Below are positions 17,600-27,064 of a stretch of DNA of 41,691 nucleotides, piece by piece. The DNA is from Patescibacteria group bacterium (GTDB lineage: Bacteria; Patescibacteriota; Microgenomatia; UBA8517). Where the stretch lies: positions 1 to 41,691 of the forward strand of contig DATDSD010000065.1 of assembly GCA_035291405.1 (NCBI GenBank), read 5' to 3'. The translations under genes were made by a program, and so were the position numbers. The notes beneath the pieces were generated by a model. That model ran no database searches and was not told where the DNA came from. It saw only the letters and a program-made list of their open reading frames with translations. How positions within the stretch are numbered: position 1 is the stretch's first letter; every line of letters begins with the position of its first letter.

Positions 17600-19810
17600 A
17601 TGGACAAAGTATATAATCACAAAGACCACGAAGATGAAATTTACAAACTTTGGGAAAAGTCGGGTTCATTTAAAGCCTCCAATGATGGTGAGCCTTACAC
17701 AATTCTCATGCCTCCTCCAAATGCGAACGCTTCTCTTCATGCTGGACATGCGATGTATACAGTTGATGATATTTTAATAAGAAGAAAAAGAATGCAGGGC
17801 TATTCAGCTCTTTGGATTCCAGGAATGGATCATGCTGGTTTTGAAACCCAATATGTATATGAAAAAGAACTTGCTAAAGAGGGAAAATCTCGCATGGACT
17901 TTGATAGAGAAACACTTTACAAAAATATTTTTGATTTTGTTAAAAATAATTCTGGATTAATATTTTCTCAATTTAAACGTTTAGGTTTTTCGGCTGATTG
18001 GGATAGAAGTGTCTTTACTTTAGATGAAAATGTAACAAATCAAGTTTTTGAAACATTTAAGAAAATGGAGTCAGAGGGACTTGTTTATAGAGATAACTAT
18101 ATTGTTAATTATTGCACTCATTGTGGAACTTCTTTAGCTGAACTTGAGGTAAAGCATGTCGAAAGAATTGATTCTCTTTATTACATTAAATATCCATTAG
18201 TTAAAAGGGGTGGTTTTGTAGTAGTTGCAACAACAAGACCAGAACCAATTTTTGTAGATACTCATTTGGCTGTAAATCCTAAAAACAAGAAGAATAAACA
18301 CCTAATAGGAAATAGGGTTTTAAACCCCTTAACGGATGTTGAAATGGAAATAATTGGAGATGAGTTTGTTGATCCAGAATTTGGAACAGGAATTGTCAAA
18401 CTTACTCCAGCTCATGATGCTAATGATTATGCGGTTGCAAGAAAACACAATTTACCAATTGTTTCAGCTATAGATTGGTTTGGAAGAATTAAGGAAAATG
18501 GTGGTAAGTATGTAGGGATGAAAGTTAAGGCCGCACGAGAGGAAGTATTAAAAGATTTAGAAGAGAAGGACTTAGTTGACCATATTGATAAGAATTATAA
18601 CCACAGCGTCCTTACTTGTTATAAATGCGGCCATGATCTTGAACCAATGACCACTCCTAATTGGTTTATTAAAGTAGAGGAACTAAAGAAAAAAGTAATT
18701 GAGGTTATAGAAAATGACAAGATAAAGTTCTATCCTAAAAAGTTCAAAAAACACATGCTTTTGTGGCTTGATATCATGCACGACTGGCCAATTTCTCGTC
18801 AAATAGTCTGGGGAATTAGAATTCCGGTTTGGTACGAAGTTAATGATAATTCCAACCTACAGGTTTCGTTTATTGACAAAGAAGGTAATAAAAAATTTGG
18901 AAACATTTCCGATTTTGATTTTGATGAAGTAGAAAAAGGGCTTCAATCAGTAATTGCTGGTGCTGATTCTAAATATCTTGTAAGCAACACTAAACCCAAC
19001 GGAAAGTATTTACCAGAAACAGATACTTTCGACACATGGTTTTCTTCAGGCCAGTGGCCTGTTGTTACATTAAAAGATAATGAATTTAAATCGAGATTTC
19101 CAACTGACTTAATGGCAACACTTTCTGATATTTTGAAGTTTTGGGTATCAAGAATGATTCTCTTTTCAATTTACTTAAAAGATGAAATTCCATTTAAAGA
19201 AATTTATCTCTGGAGCATGGTCGCAGATTCAAAGGGGGTTAAGATGAGTAAGAGTAAAGGAAATGTAATAAATCCCATTGATTTGATTGATAAGTACGGC
19301 GCTGACGCACTTAGAATGTCTCTTCTTTATGGAACACCCGCTGGAAGCAAAGTAATTCTCTCAGACGACAAAGTAAGGTCAATGCGAAATTTTACCAACA
19401 AAATTTGGAATTTAGGTAGATATGTACAATTTTCATTTGAGGGTTTAAGTGAAACGTCTATTAATAGACCTGACAAATTGAACGGAGCTAATGAAAAATT
19501 ACTTTTAGAATTAAGTAATCTTATTAAAAAAGTAGATACCTCATTTGATAAATATAATTTAAACACGGCTCTCGAAGCAGTTTACGAATTTAGCTGGCAT
19601 GTGTTTGCTGACGTGTATATTGAAAAAACAAAAGAACAAATTAAGTCTAAGGATCTTTCTACCCTTTGGACCTTAAGATACACATACTTAACAATATTAA
19701 AATTACTACATCCTTTTGCTCCATTTATTACAGAGGCGGTATGGGAACAACTTAATAATTTAAGAGATCATAAGAATATAAATTTAATAACTTCTTCGTG
19801 GCCAAAATAA
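17600..19810 (+). CDS. valS: Valyl-tRNA synthetase (short form, 736 aa)
   Basis: PPPNANASLHAGHAM (HIGH-type motif), TRPEPIFVDT, WFSSGQWP and VKMSKSKGNV (KMSKS). The ORF track starts at 17498, but the ATG at 17600 (MDKVYNHKDHEDEIYKLWEKSG) fits class-I aaRS N-termini. Confidence 0.93.
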   Translation: MDKVYNHKDHEDEIYKLWEKSGSFKASNDGEPYTILMPPPNANASLHAGHAMYTVDDILIRRKRMQGYSALWIPGMDHAGFETQYVYEKELAKEGKSRMDFDRETLYKNIFDFVKNNSGLIFSQFKRLGFSADWDRSVFTLDENVTNQVFETFKKMESEGLVYRDNYIVNYCTHCGTSLAELEVKHVERIDSLYYIKYPLVKRGGFVVVATTRPEPIFVDTHLAVNPKNKKNKHLIGNRVLNPLTDVEMEIIGDEFVDPEFGTGIVKLTPAHDANDYAVARKHNLPIVSAIDWFGRIKENGGKYVGMKVKAAREEVLKDLEEKDLVDHIDKNYNHSVLTCYKCGHDLEPMTTPNWFIKVEELKKKVIEVIENDKIKFYPKKFKKHMLLWLDIMHDWPISRQIVWGIRIPVWYEVNDNSNLQVSFIDKEGNKKFGNISDFDFDEVEKGLQSVIAGADSKYLVSNTKPNGKYLPETDTFDTWFSSGQWPVVTLKDNEFKSRFPTDLMATLSDILKFWVSRMILFSIYLKDEIPFKEIYLWSMVADSKGVKMSKSKGNVINPIDLIDKYGADALRMSLLYGTPAGSKVILSDDKVRSMRNFTNKIWNLGRYVQFSFEGLSETSINRPDKLNGANEKLLLELSNLIKKVDTSFDKYNLNTALEAVYEFSWHVFADVYIEKTKEQIKSKDLSTLWTLRYTYLTILKLLHPFAPFITEAVWEQLNNLRDHKNINLITSSWPK

Positions 19811-19852
19811 ATCCCCTTGCTCCTTTTAATTAAGTATTCTAGTATCTTTAAT

Positions 19853-20104
19853 ATGGCAAGTCATAATTTTCAAAAAGATTTAGACTTTCTTTTATTTGCT
19901 ACTTTTTCTATTTTAATATTACTTCTAACTATTTTTAATTTACAAAATTTAAATACAAAAAAAATTAGTAAGATACAGGTATTGGGTGCAGAAACCAATA
20001 ATCTCTTTTGGGAAGAATTTATGTCCAAACACCCTACATATATAGAGGGTTGGGTTGAACTTGGAAGGATTGATAAGGTGGAGGAAATTGATCCGAATTT
20101 TTAA
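19853..20104 (+). CDS. Hypothetical small membrane protein
   Basis: The ORF track begins at a TTG at 19817. The ATG at 19853 gives MASHNFQKDLDFLLFATFSILILLLTIFNL, with one TM segment. No family recognised. Confidence 0.35.
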   Translation: MASHNFQKDLDFLLFATFSILILLLTIFNLQNLNTKKISKIQVLGAETNNLFWEEFMSKHPTYIEGWVELGRIDKVEEIDPNF

Positions 20105-20118
20105 AAAACTAGATTTTC

Positions 20119-20802
20119 TTAAGAATTTTCAGCTGGTTTAGATTCCTCGGCGGTTTTAACTTCACCTTCAGCTAATACCTCTCCCTCAACTGGAACTTCA
20201 CCTTCAGCTAATACCTCTCCCTCAACTGGAGCTGGAGCTTCTACAACCTCTTCCTTAATAGGAGGTTCAACTTTAACAACTATTGATTCAGGGTCTGTTT
20301 TAACTGTTACTTTCTTATCAACTTTAAGATCTTTAACGAAGATGGTCTGATCTACTTCAACCAATGAAGAAATATCAACCTCAATCTTTTCAGGAAGTTC
20401 TGTTGGAAGTGCTTCTACTTCAATTTCACTTAACTGATGTACAACAGTACCAATACTCTGTTTTTCGGCTGGAGACTCTCCAACTAATTCTACTGGAACC
20501 TTAGCAACGATTTTTTCAGTCAAATCAACTTGTCTAAAATCAATGTGTAAATAATCAGAAGTAACGGGATCAACTTGAAGGCCTGAAACCAAAACAGGTT
20601 TGTCGTTCAAGTGAATTATTTGAGTTTCTCCGGCTTTTTCAAAAACTTCCACAAATTCTTTATTATTAACAAAGACGGCCTCTGATTTTATTTTTTTACC
20701 AAAAATGTTTGCGGGTATTAAACCTTCTTTTCTTGATCTTTTTACCTTTCTTCCAAAAACATCTCTTTGGGAGGCCTTAAGTGAAAATTTTGCAGTTGTC
20801 AT
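20119..20802 (-). CDS. rplY: Ribosomal protein L25 / general stress protein Ctc, with an acidic repetitive C-terminal tail
   Basis: 227 aa. The long-form L25/Ctc pattern is present: LKASQRDVFGRKVKRSRKEGLIPANIFGK, then HIDFRQVDLTEKI, then VPVELVGESPAEK. Confidence 0.88.
   Translation of the reverse strand: MTTAKFSLKASQRDVFGRKVKRSRKEGLIPANIFGKKIKSEAVFVNNKEFVEVFEKAGETQIIHLNDKPVLVSGLQVDPVTSDYLHIDFRQVDLTEKIVAKVPVELVGESPAEKQSIGTVVHQLSEIEVEALPTELPEKIEVDISSLVEVDQTIFVKDLKVDKKVTVKTDPESIVVKVEPPIKEEVVEAPAPVEGEVLAEGEVPVEGEVLAEGEVKTAEESKPAENS
20159..20230. repeat. Perfect 36-bp tandem duplication inside the rplY 3' region
   Basis: ACTTCACCTTCAGCTAATACCTCTCCCTCAACTGGA occurs twice back to back (20159..20194 and 20195..20230). 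It encodes PVEGEVLAEGEV twice. Confidence 0.9.
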
Positions 20803-20816
20803 TTTTTTAAATTTAT

Positions 20817-23360
20817 TTATGGCTTAACAAATAGTTTTAAATTAAAATCTTTAGCCAAGTCTGTATTATAGAGCGAAGGACCATCTCCCGTCAAGGCTAG
20901 GTCTTGATAAGATACTTTAACACTTAATGGATCCGCTTCTGCCCCTGATTGTTTTCGAATATTTATTCTGTATTCTCCTCCTTCGAAAAGTTTATCTGTG
21001 GGAGAATTCCAAACAATTTGAATTTTATTAATTACTCCGGGGGAAACTTCAAAATAAAAACCCAGATCTTTTCTACTTTCAAAATCTACAATGTCATAGT
21101 CTAAATTTGTATAAGATCCATCTGTTTGATAGGCTCTGACACCTTTAATGGTTACTCCTTGAGGTAAAATCAAACGGGCATAATTTTTATATATTCCTGA
21201 GGCCCCCAAAGATTGACCTGCAATATTTTGGTAATTAATAAAAAGTTCATGGTGTATTGAATTTTTAGAAAGGTTTAAACTTAATTCTTGGCTCCTTTTA
21301 ATAAACAAGTTGGACTTGTTAACACCTAAGTTTGCATCAATTAAAGCATAACTATCCTCAAAACATCTTAAATTGCAATCTGTTTGCATTTTAATTTGTC
21401 CTGAATAATTTAGCCCCGTAATCGCCTCTTGTGAATTTAAATCATCAAGATAAATTTGTATGTGTCTTTCTTCTAAATTTTTGTAAATCTCCTTAAAAAA
21501 AGCTGTATATTTCCCTTTAGGTAAATTTTTCAACTCTTGTAACAAATTCCTCGAAAGTGAAGTCAAAAAACTTGCTTTTTTGATTGAACCAGCAAAAAAC
21601 TCATTCTCTACTTCGCTTTGAGTTGTATCATATAAATTATCTGAGGTTATTGTTTTATTAAAATCTACTAAATTAATAGGGCCGGTAATCTTAAGTAAAC
21701 TTTTAATTAAGTAAAGATCAATTGAAATAACCCCATCAACTTTTTGATCAATTTCTTTATCTATAAACCACTTTGCTTTTTCTGCAGAAATTTTAAAATC
21801 AGGATCCCAGTTGGAATCTCTAAAATACCAATTTGCTTCGCCCAAATATTTTCTAATAGGTTCAGGTGGATCAATATGTCCCTTTAATTGGCCATCAGCA
21901 GAATAAACGTCATTAACCACCATTTCTGTCATTCTACCTTTATCTAAAGTAATTAATGCAAAAGAGCCAATAAAGCCCCCCGTTGGACGAAGCTCCATGT
22001 TATTTTGAAAAAGTATTAAATATTTTTTTGATTTTTCCCAACCCAAAAGCTCTGAGGACCTTGACACAATCTTTTTGAGATAATAGATTTTTTGCTTAAT
22101 ATCGCTTATATTTACATTTTGGGAGACTAGAAATCCATTTATTTCTTTTCCTGCAACTCCTTGTTGTTCCTCAATATCACTTTGTAAAAAATTAATATCT
22201 GTATAAACTTTATCTAAATTGGCTGAAATTTTATCTGTATAGTCTTCTAAAACATAGATCTCACTACCTAAAATATTGTTTACTAAACCATTGGCGCTTG
22301 TAACTATTTCAATTGTATTTTTTACAATATTATTTACTTTCAAAATTAAATTTGATGATTCTATATAGAAGGTATTTCCAAAATTTATATTAACCACGCT
22401 TTTGGAAAGAAAACTAGAAAAATCTAAAATATCATTCGAAACCTCGGAGTTTTTAAATATAAATTTGGTTGATAAAAACAATGATCCAACTGAGGCTAGC
22501 AATAAAATTAAGGGTAATAGATAAATAGTTACTATAGCAACTAGAAAAAAAGTGATTCTTCTGGTTAATTTTTTCAAATTCCTTTTTTGAGGCTTTAAAT
22601 CAGTTGACTTGGTGTTGTAACTCTGCACAGGCCTTAATATTTCATTATTAATTTCATTAATCTGAGAAATATTCCACTCCTTCTTGATATCTTGTATGGA
22701 AGATTTTAGTGATGGGTTTACTTCTCTTGTAACGTCGGGGGTAATTTCTGAAAAACTATTTACTTCTTTCTTAACGTCCACGTTTTCATTTTTTAATTTT
22801 AAATACTTAGAAACAAAAACCCTTGGTTTATCATAAAAACCATGAATTAAGAGTTTTTTTCCTGAGACACCAAATGAAAAATTATCTTTTACAATCTCAC
22901 TTGCAAATTTGGATAGTGAAATGACATTAAAATTGTTATCACCAACAACAACTCTTTCACTCATTAAAGAATTTTTTATTAGTTTGTGTGAAAAGTAGTT
23001 TTCATTAAAATCAACTCCGCGTCCAAGAATCTCTGGAGCTAGAATGATCCCTAAGTTATTATTAACTTCCAAGAGATCATTTAATAATTTATTAACTTTT
23101 TCCAGATCCTCTGTTTTAACCTTATACGGAGATAATACTAAAATTTTACATTCAATGTTTTTAAGAATTTTTATTATCTCACTGCTTATTGGTAAATCGA
23201 TAAGATTAAGAATTAAATAACTAAGTTTAGAGTAATCTACTTTCAAAAAATCGTCAAAAACCAAAACATCTACATATTTATCTGAAAATTTCTCTTTTAA
23301 TTTATCTGATAAATAATTACTCTTCGAGTATAAACCAAGTATTGAATCGTAATCTTCCAT
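20817..23360 (-). CDS. Large membrane-anchored extracytoplasmic protein, unknown function (possibly DUF4012-like)
   Basis: 847-aa uninterrupted ORF. An N-terminal ~260-aa cytoplasmic part precedes a single TM (ITFFLVAIVTIYLLPLILLLASVGSLFL) and a ~560-aa external domain. The family assignment is from memory of similar architectures and is not verified. Confidence 0.7.
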   Translation of the reverse strand: MEDYDSILGLYSKSNYLSDKLKEKFSDKYVDVLVFDDFLKVDYSKLSYLILNLIDLPISSEIIKILKNIECKILVLSPYKVKTEDLEKVNKLLNDLLEVNNNLGIILAPEILGRGVDFNENYFSHKLIKNSLMSERVVVGDNNFNVISLSKFASEIVKDNFSFGVSGKKLLIHGFYDKPRVFVSKYLKLKNENVDVKKEVNSFSEITPDVTREVNPSLKSSIQDIKKEWNISQINEINNEILRPVQSYNTKSTDLKPQKRNLKKLTRRITFFLVAIVTIYLLPLILLLASVGSLFLSTKFIFKNSEVSNDILDFSSFLSKSVVNINFGNTFYIESSNLILKVNNIVKNTIEIVTSANGLVNNILGSEIYVLEDYTDKISANLDKVYTDINFLQSDIEEQQGVAGKEINGFLVSQNVNISDIKQKIYYLKKIVSRSSELLGWEKSKKYLILFQNNMELRPTGGFIGSFALITLDKGRMTEMVVNDVYSADGQLKGHIDPPEPIRKYLGEANWYFRDSNWDPDFKISAEKAKWFIDKEIDQKVDGVISIDLYLIKSLLKITGPINLVDFNKTITSDNLYDTTQSEVENEFFAGSIKKASFLTSLSRNLLQELKNLPKGKYTAFFKEIYKNLEERHIQIYLDDLNSQEAITGLNYSGQIKMQTDCNLRCFEDSYALIDANLGVNKSNLFIKRSQELSLNLSKNSIHHELFINYQNIAGQSLGASGIYKNYARLILPQGVTIKGVRAYQTDGSYTNLDYDIVDFESRKDLGFYFEVSPGVINKIQIVWNSPTDKLFEGGEYRINIRKQSGAEADPLSVKVSYQDLALTGDGPSLYNTDLAKDFNLKLFVKP

Positions 23361-23443
23361 TTATTAATCCTATCATACATAAGGTAAAATATTTGTTATA
23401 TTTTCCGTAAGTAATTTAATTTGTTTTATAATTTATTTAATAA

Positions 23444-23480
23444 TTTTCCCGTTGAAGATAGGTGGTTTTCCCGTTGAAGA
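23444..23480. promoter_or_regulatory. 15-bp direct repeat pair in the promoter region of the 847-aa gene
   Basis: TTTTCCCGTTGAAGA occurs at 23444..23458 and again at 23466..23480, a 22-bp period. A related TTTTCCGT lies at 23401. The repeats are 84-120 nt upstream of the ATG at 23360. Confidence 0.4.
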
Positions 23481-23498
23481 GTAAGGTCTGTTATAAAT

Positions 23499-23927
23499 TT
23501 ACTTTTTGTTTTTGTCTAACTCTTGGTTAACAAGCAAGTCAGCTAAATGGTTTTTGTCACGAGAGTTCCAAATAAACTTAAGGGTTAAATTGTTTTCATA
23601 AATTAAAGATTTGATTTGTCCGCTTATAATTTTTAAATTCTCGTTTTTTATTTTATAAACACCATTAAGTTGTCTTTCTACTAATTGAGAATCTAAATTA
23701 ATAGTTATTAAGTCATTTCTCCCTGATTTAATTAGATTTTTTATAATCCACTCAACTGCTAACTTAACTGACCAATATTCTGCTACATTATTTGTCTCAA
23801 CACCTAAATATTTACTACCCTTAAAAATAACTTTTTTAGCTTTAGTTACAACAAATGCAGATGCAGCTGGTCCGGGATTACCTCTAGAACCACCGTCACA
23901 GTATATTATTAGATTATCTTTAACCAT
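23499..23927 (-). CDS. rnhA: Ribonuclease H (RNase HI-type)
   Basis: 142 aa. Motifs YCDGGSRGNPGPAASAFVV, NNVAEYWSVKLAVEW, LDSQLVERQLNG and NHLADLLVNQ fit the DEDD catalytic layout. Confidence 0.85.
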   Translation of the reverse strand: MVKDNLIIYCDGGSRGNPGPAASAFVVTKAKKVIFKGSKYLGVETNNVAEYWSVKLAVEWIIKNLIKSGRNDLITINLDSQLVERQLNGVYKIKNENLKIISGQIKSLIYENNLTLKFIWNSRDKNHLADLLVNQELDKNKK

Positions 23928-23940
23928 GAATCATATGATA

Positions 23941-25032
23941 TTATTTTTGTCCCTTTTTAGAAAGTGACAAAACATATGTAAAAAGAAGTAGATTTTGTTG
24001 TAAGGTTAACCAGTAGTGGTCGGACAAACCAGTTAGAATAATTGCAATTAGCTGTCCGTTAATTGAAATGCTGAAAAAAAGATAAATAAAAGCAACTAAA
24101 CCAATAATACCGGCTTCTGAAAAAACCAAAAGAAAAATGTTATGAACAGGTTGTAATTCCCAAGCATTTAAAAAGGAGCTAGTTACCTTTGGAATATTTG
24201 GAATAAAATTATTAAGCCCAACTCCAAAAAAGAAATTTTCTTTAATCATTTTCCAAGAAGCATTTATAAGCTCTAACCTGTGAGATATTGTTCTTTGAGT
24301 AAAATCAAAAAGATATAATGAAAATGAATACACTTTTGAAAATCGGATTAAGAGTAAAACAAATATTGAAAGATAAACATTTAGTGAATTCGTAAGAATT
24401 AAATTTATAAAAACCAAAGAAGCTAAAAACCAGAAGTATTTCTTCTTAAGCTTATTCTTAAAATTTATTAAAAATATTCCAAAAACTAGTAAAAACCCAG
24501 CAAAAGAATTTGGGTGTGAAAATGTTGAATAGCTAAAAGGCGCAACATTTGGATCAGAGAATAAAAAACTTCTTTCTCCTAACCAATAAAAAACTCCGCC
24601 CATCGAACCTTTGTTTATAAATTGCATAATTCCCAAAATACAAACAACACACATTGAGTAAGAAAGGGGCTTAAAAAAGTGCTTAAATGTATCAAGTTTT
24701 TTATTATTAACTAATACCACTCCTAAAAAAACCATCTCAATAATCTTTATCCATTTGTAAAAACTGGCCAACCGATAGCTGGATCCATAAATATTTACTC
24801 CAATAAACAAAAGGCTAACAACAAAAATAATAAAATTTCTTTTATTAAACTTGATATTTTTCAATCGAAAAACAGATATTATAAGTATTAAAAGAATAAT
24901 TAAATCCGTTAAGTATATTGTTGGTGTTAAATAATCTATCTTAAAACCATAAACTGATGAGGAAAAGTTATTAAGATGTAATCCTAACTGGGTTGGGAGT
25001 AAAAAAGATAATAATGAAATTAAAGGTAACAC
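23941..25032 (-). CDS. O-antigen ligase / Wzy-like polytopic membrane protein
   Basis: 363 aa with about 10 TM helices. HNIFLLVFSEAGIIGL resembles the Wzy_C/WaaL HNxxLxxxxExGxxG block. Confidence 0.6.
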   Translation of the reverse strand: MLPLISLLSFLLPTQLGLHLNNFSSSVYGFKIDYLTPTIYLTDLIILLILIISVFRLKNIKFNKRNFIIFVVSLLFIGVNIYGSSYRLASFYKWIKIIEMVFLGVVLVNNKKLDTFKHFFKPLSYSMCVVCILGIMQFINKGSMGGVFYWLGERSFLFSDPNVAPFSYSTFSHPNSFAGFLLVFGIFLINFKNKLKKKYFWFLASLVFINLILTNSLNVYLSIFVLLLIRFSKVYSFSLYLFDFTQRTISHRLELINASWKMIKENFFFGVGLNNFIPNIPKVTSSFLNAWELQPVHNIFLLVFSEAGIIGLVAFIYLFFSISINGQLIAIILTGLSDHYWLTLQQNLLLFTYVLSLSKKGQK

Positions 25033-25036
25033 TTAT

Positions 25037-25513
25037 TTATGCTTTGACTGTTGCAGGTTTTACTACTAAAAACCTCTCGGGTTCTTCGCCCTGAGATTCA
25101 GTTAATACATCATCTCTTTTACTTAAGTGCATATGGATTATGCGTCTTTGCCCAGCCGTTAAATTATAAATTGGCTGAGGTTCTTTGGTTTCAATTGCTC
25201 TATCAGCAGATTGGTCAGCTAGATCAAAAAGTTTTTGTTCTTGTTTTTGCCTATAATCTCCAACATTAACTACTATCCTAACCCACTCTCCAGTTACACC
25301 CTTAACCATAATTCCTAAAACTGTTTGAATGGCATTTATGTTTTCTCCCCTGAACCCTATTAAAAGACCTGTCTCTTCTGAGGTTTCTAAATTAACCTCA
25401 TATACTCCCTCTTCGTTTTCAGAAACTATTACCTTTACATTAACTCCTGCCAATAAAAAAAGTTCTTTGGCCAGCTTTTCAATTGTTTCCGTTATATCAA
25501 CCATTTTTGTCAT
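25037..25513 (-). CDS. jag: Jag/KhpB-type RNA-binding protein (KH + R3H domains)
   Basis: 158 aa. R3H block LTAGQRRIIHMHLS. It has the conserved position immediately downstream of yidC. Confidence 0.85.
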   Translation of the reverse strand: MTKMVDITETIEKLAKELFLLAGVNVKVIVSENEEGVYEVNLETSEETGLLIGFRGENINAIQTVLGIMVKGVTGEWVRIVVNVGDYRQKQEQKLFDLADQSADRAIETKEPQPIYNLTAGQRRIIHMHLSKRDDVLTESQGEEPERFLVVKPATVKA

Positions 25514-25517
25514 TGTT

Positions 25518-26339
25518 TTACGATTTTATCAAACCCAGCTTACGAATGAAAGGGGTAAGGCCTCCCCAGCCAGAAGACTTATATTGTTGGTACATTTGAA
25601 ATACTGAAAATAGAAGCCAATAAAGAGCAAGTCCTGATGGGAACTTAATACCAAAAAGAATAGTCATTGCTGGAAAGGTATAAATCATTGATGATTGCAT
25701 GGCAACAGCCATGTCATCGGCTCCTCCTTTGGTCCCTTCAGCAACCTTTTCTTCCTTTTTAACCAAAGGTAGTGTCATCTTGGCTGACAAAAACTGAAGA
25801 AGTCCTGCCAAAATTAGTATAGGACCTGGAATCGGAAAGGGTATTCCAGAAAAATGAAAAACGTCAGGAAATCTTACATCCATATATAAAAACTTGGTAT
25901 TTAAAACTGTATCCTCAGCAAGTTTTAGAGGAGCATAAAGTACTGAATTTAATTTACTTATTGCATCGCCATTTTGAGATAGTGCCTGATTAAAAACATT
26001 AAAAAGCGCAATTAATATAACAATTTGTAAAATCTGAGGAAGACAACCCGCTGAAGGATTAATTCCTTTTTGTTTGTAAAGTTCTGTTTGTGCCGCCATT
26101 AAACCTTTTTGATCATTTTTGTATTTTTTCTTCAACTTTAATACTAATGGCTCTATTTCCTTAATTTTTTTCATAGATTCCATTGATTTTTTAGTTAGTG
26201 GATTTGTTATAAATCTAATCAATAAACTAAACCCAATAATTGCAAGTCCCATATTATGAAAGAGAAGGTTATAGAAAAAAATTAAACCGTTTGTTAAAGG
26301 TTGAATTAGAATCGGTGTAAATATTGTTTTTAAATCCAT
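25518..26339 (-). CDS. yidC: Membrane protein insertase YidC/Oxa1 (short, monoderm-type)
   Basis: 273 aa. Motifs NPLTKKSMESMKKIKEIEP, GINPSAGCLPQILQIVILIALF and GLALYWLLFSVFQMYQQY. Synteny with rnpA-yidD. Confidence 0.92.
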   Translation of the reverse strand: MDLKTIFTPILIQPLTNGLIFFYNLLFHNMGLAIIGFSLLIRFITNPLTKKSMESMKKIKEIEPLVLKLKKKYKNDQKGLMAAQTELYKQKGINPSAGCLPQILQIVILIALFNVFNQALSQNGDAISKLNSVLYAPLKLAEDTVLNTKFLYMDVRFPDVFHFSGIPFPIPGPILILAGLLQFLSAKMTLPLVKKEEKVAEGTKGGADDMAVAMQSSMIYTFPAMTILFGIKFPSGLALYWLLFSVFQMYQQYKSSGWGGLTPFIRKLGLIKS

Positions 26340-26340
26340 G

Positions 26341-26547
26341 TTATTTGCTCCAAGCGTTACATTTTAGCACTCTTTTAATCGCTAATAAACCACCGCGAAT
26401 TATTCCCTTCTTTTCAATTACTTCCACCGCATATTCCGAGCATGTTGGTTTGAACCTACATCCTCCACCGGGAAACAGAAAGTTTAAAACGGGGGAGAGT
26501 GTTTTCTTATAAATTTTTAGTAATAATCTCATTGGTTTCCTTCTCAA
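26341..26547 (-). CDS. yidD: Membrane protein insertion efficiency factor YidD
   Basis: LLKIYKKTLSPVL....CRFKPTCSEYAVEVIEKKGIIRGGLLAIKRVLKCN, the canonical YidD signature. The start may be the internal M at 26532. Confidence 0.9.
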   Translation of the reverse strand: MRRKPMRLLLKIYKKTLSPVLNFLFPGGGCRFKPTCSEYAVEVIEKKGIIRGGLLAIKRVLKCNAWSK

Positions 26548-26842
26548 TTTGTTCTTTGGTTAATTTAGTAATCGCAGGCTTAATCAAAAAAACAACATCC
26601 AAGCCTTTATTTATTGACTTTATTTTCTGACTTAATAAGCTAGATATAATTCTTTTAATTTTATTTCTAATAACTGCCTTTTTAGATATTCTAGTTGAAA
26701 TTATAAAACCAAAACGCGAAGAATCATTGTCTTTTCTTTCAAATACTTCTAATCCAAAAGATTTTGATTGAAAAAGTTTTCCGTCAATTTCTGCACGAGC
26801 AAAATTTACTTTACCTTTTAAACGATATCTTGAAGCAAGCAT
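26507..26842 (-). CDS. rnpA: Ribonuclease P protein component
   Basis: 111 aa. RYRLKGKVNF...FGFIISTRISKKAVIRNKIKRIISS. Position between rpmH and yidD. Confidence 0.9.
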   Translation of the reverse strand: MLASRYRLKGKVNFARAEIDGKLFQSKSFGLEVFERKDNDSSRFGFIISTRISKKAVIRNKIKRIISSLLSQKIKSINKGLDVVFLIKPAITKLTKEQIEKETNEIITKNL

Positions 26843-26860
26843 TAATTCAAATAATTTATA

Positions 26861-27004
26861 TTAAGCATTAACAAGTCTTTTTCTGCCCTTAAGTATTCTT
26901 CTTTTAATAACCTTCCTTCCATCTTTGGAGGAATTTCTGGACATAAATCCAAATTTTTTAATCCTTTTTAGTTTATGGGGTTGATATGTTCTTTTCGTTG
27001 CCAT
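26861..27004 (-). CDS. rpmH: Ribosomal protein L34
   Basis: Below the ORF-track size cutoff. Reverse-strand translation gives [47 protein letters not shown] (47 aa), the classic L34 sequence. Confidence 0.92.
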   Translation of the reverse strand: MATKRTYQPHKLKRIKKFGFMSRNSSKDGRKVIKRRILKGRKRLVNA

Positions 27005-27064
27005 GTGGTTATTGTAGCATAAAGAAAACTAATTCTCACCCTAGACTTTTTGGCCCTTTACAAT

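Noticed and set aside
17326-17607. 93-aa minus-strand ORF in the tsaD-valS gap
   Set aside because: Not called as a gene. Its first Met overlaps the valS start, there is no convincing RBS or promoter, and no family is recognised. It is kept only as a possibility within the gap finding because of its four-Cys pattern.
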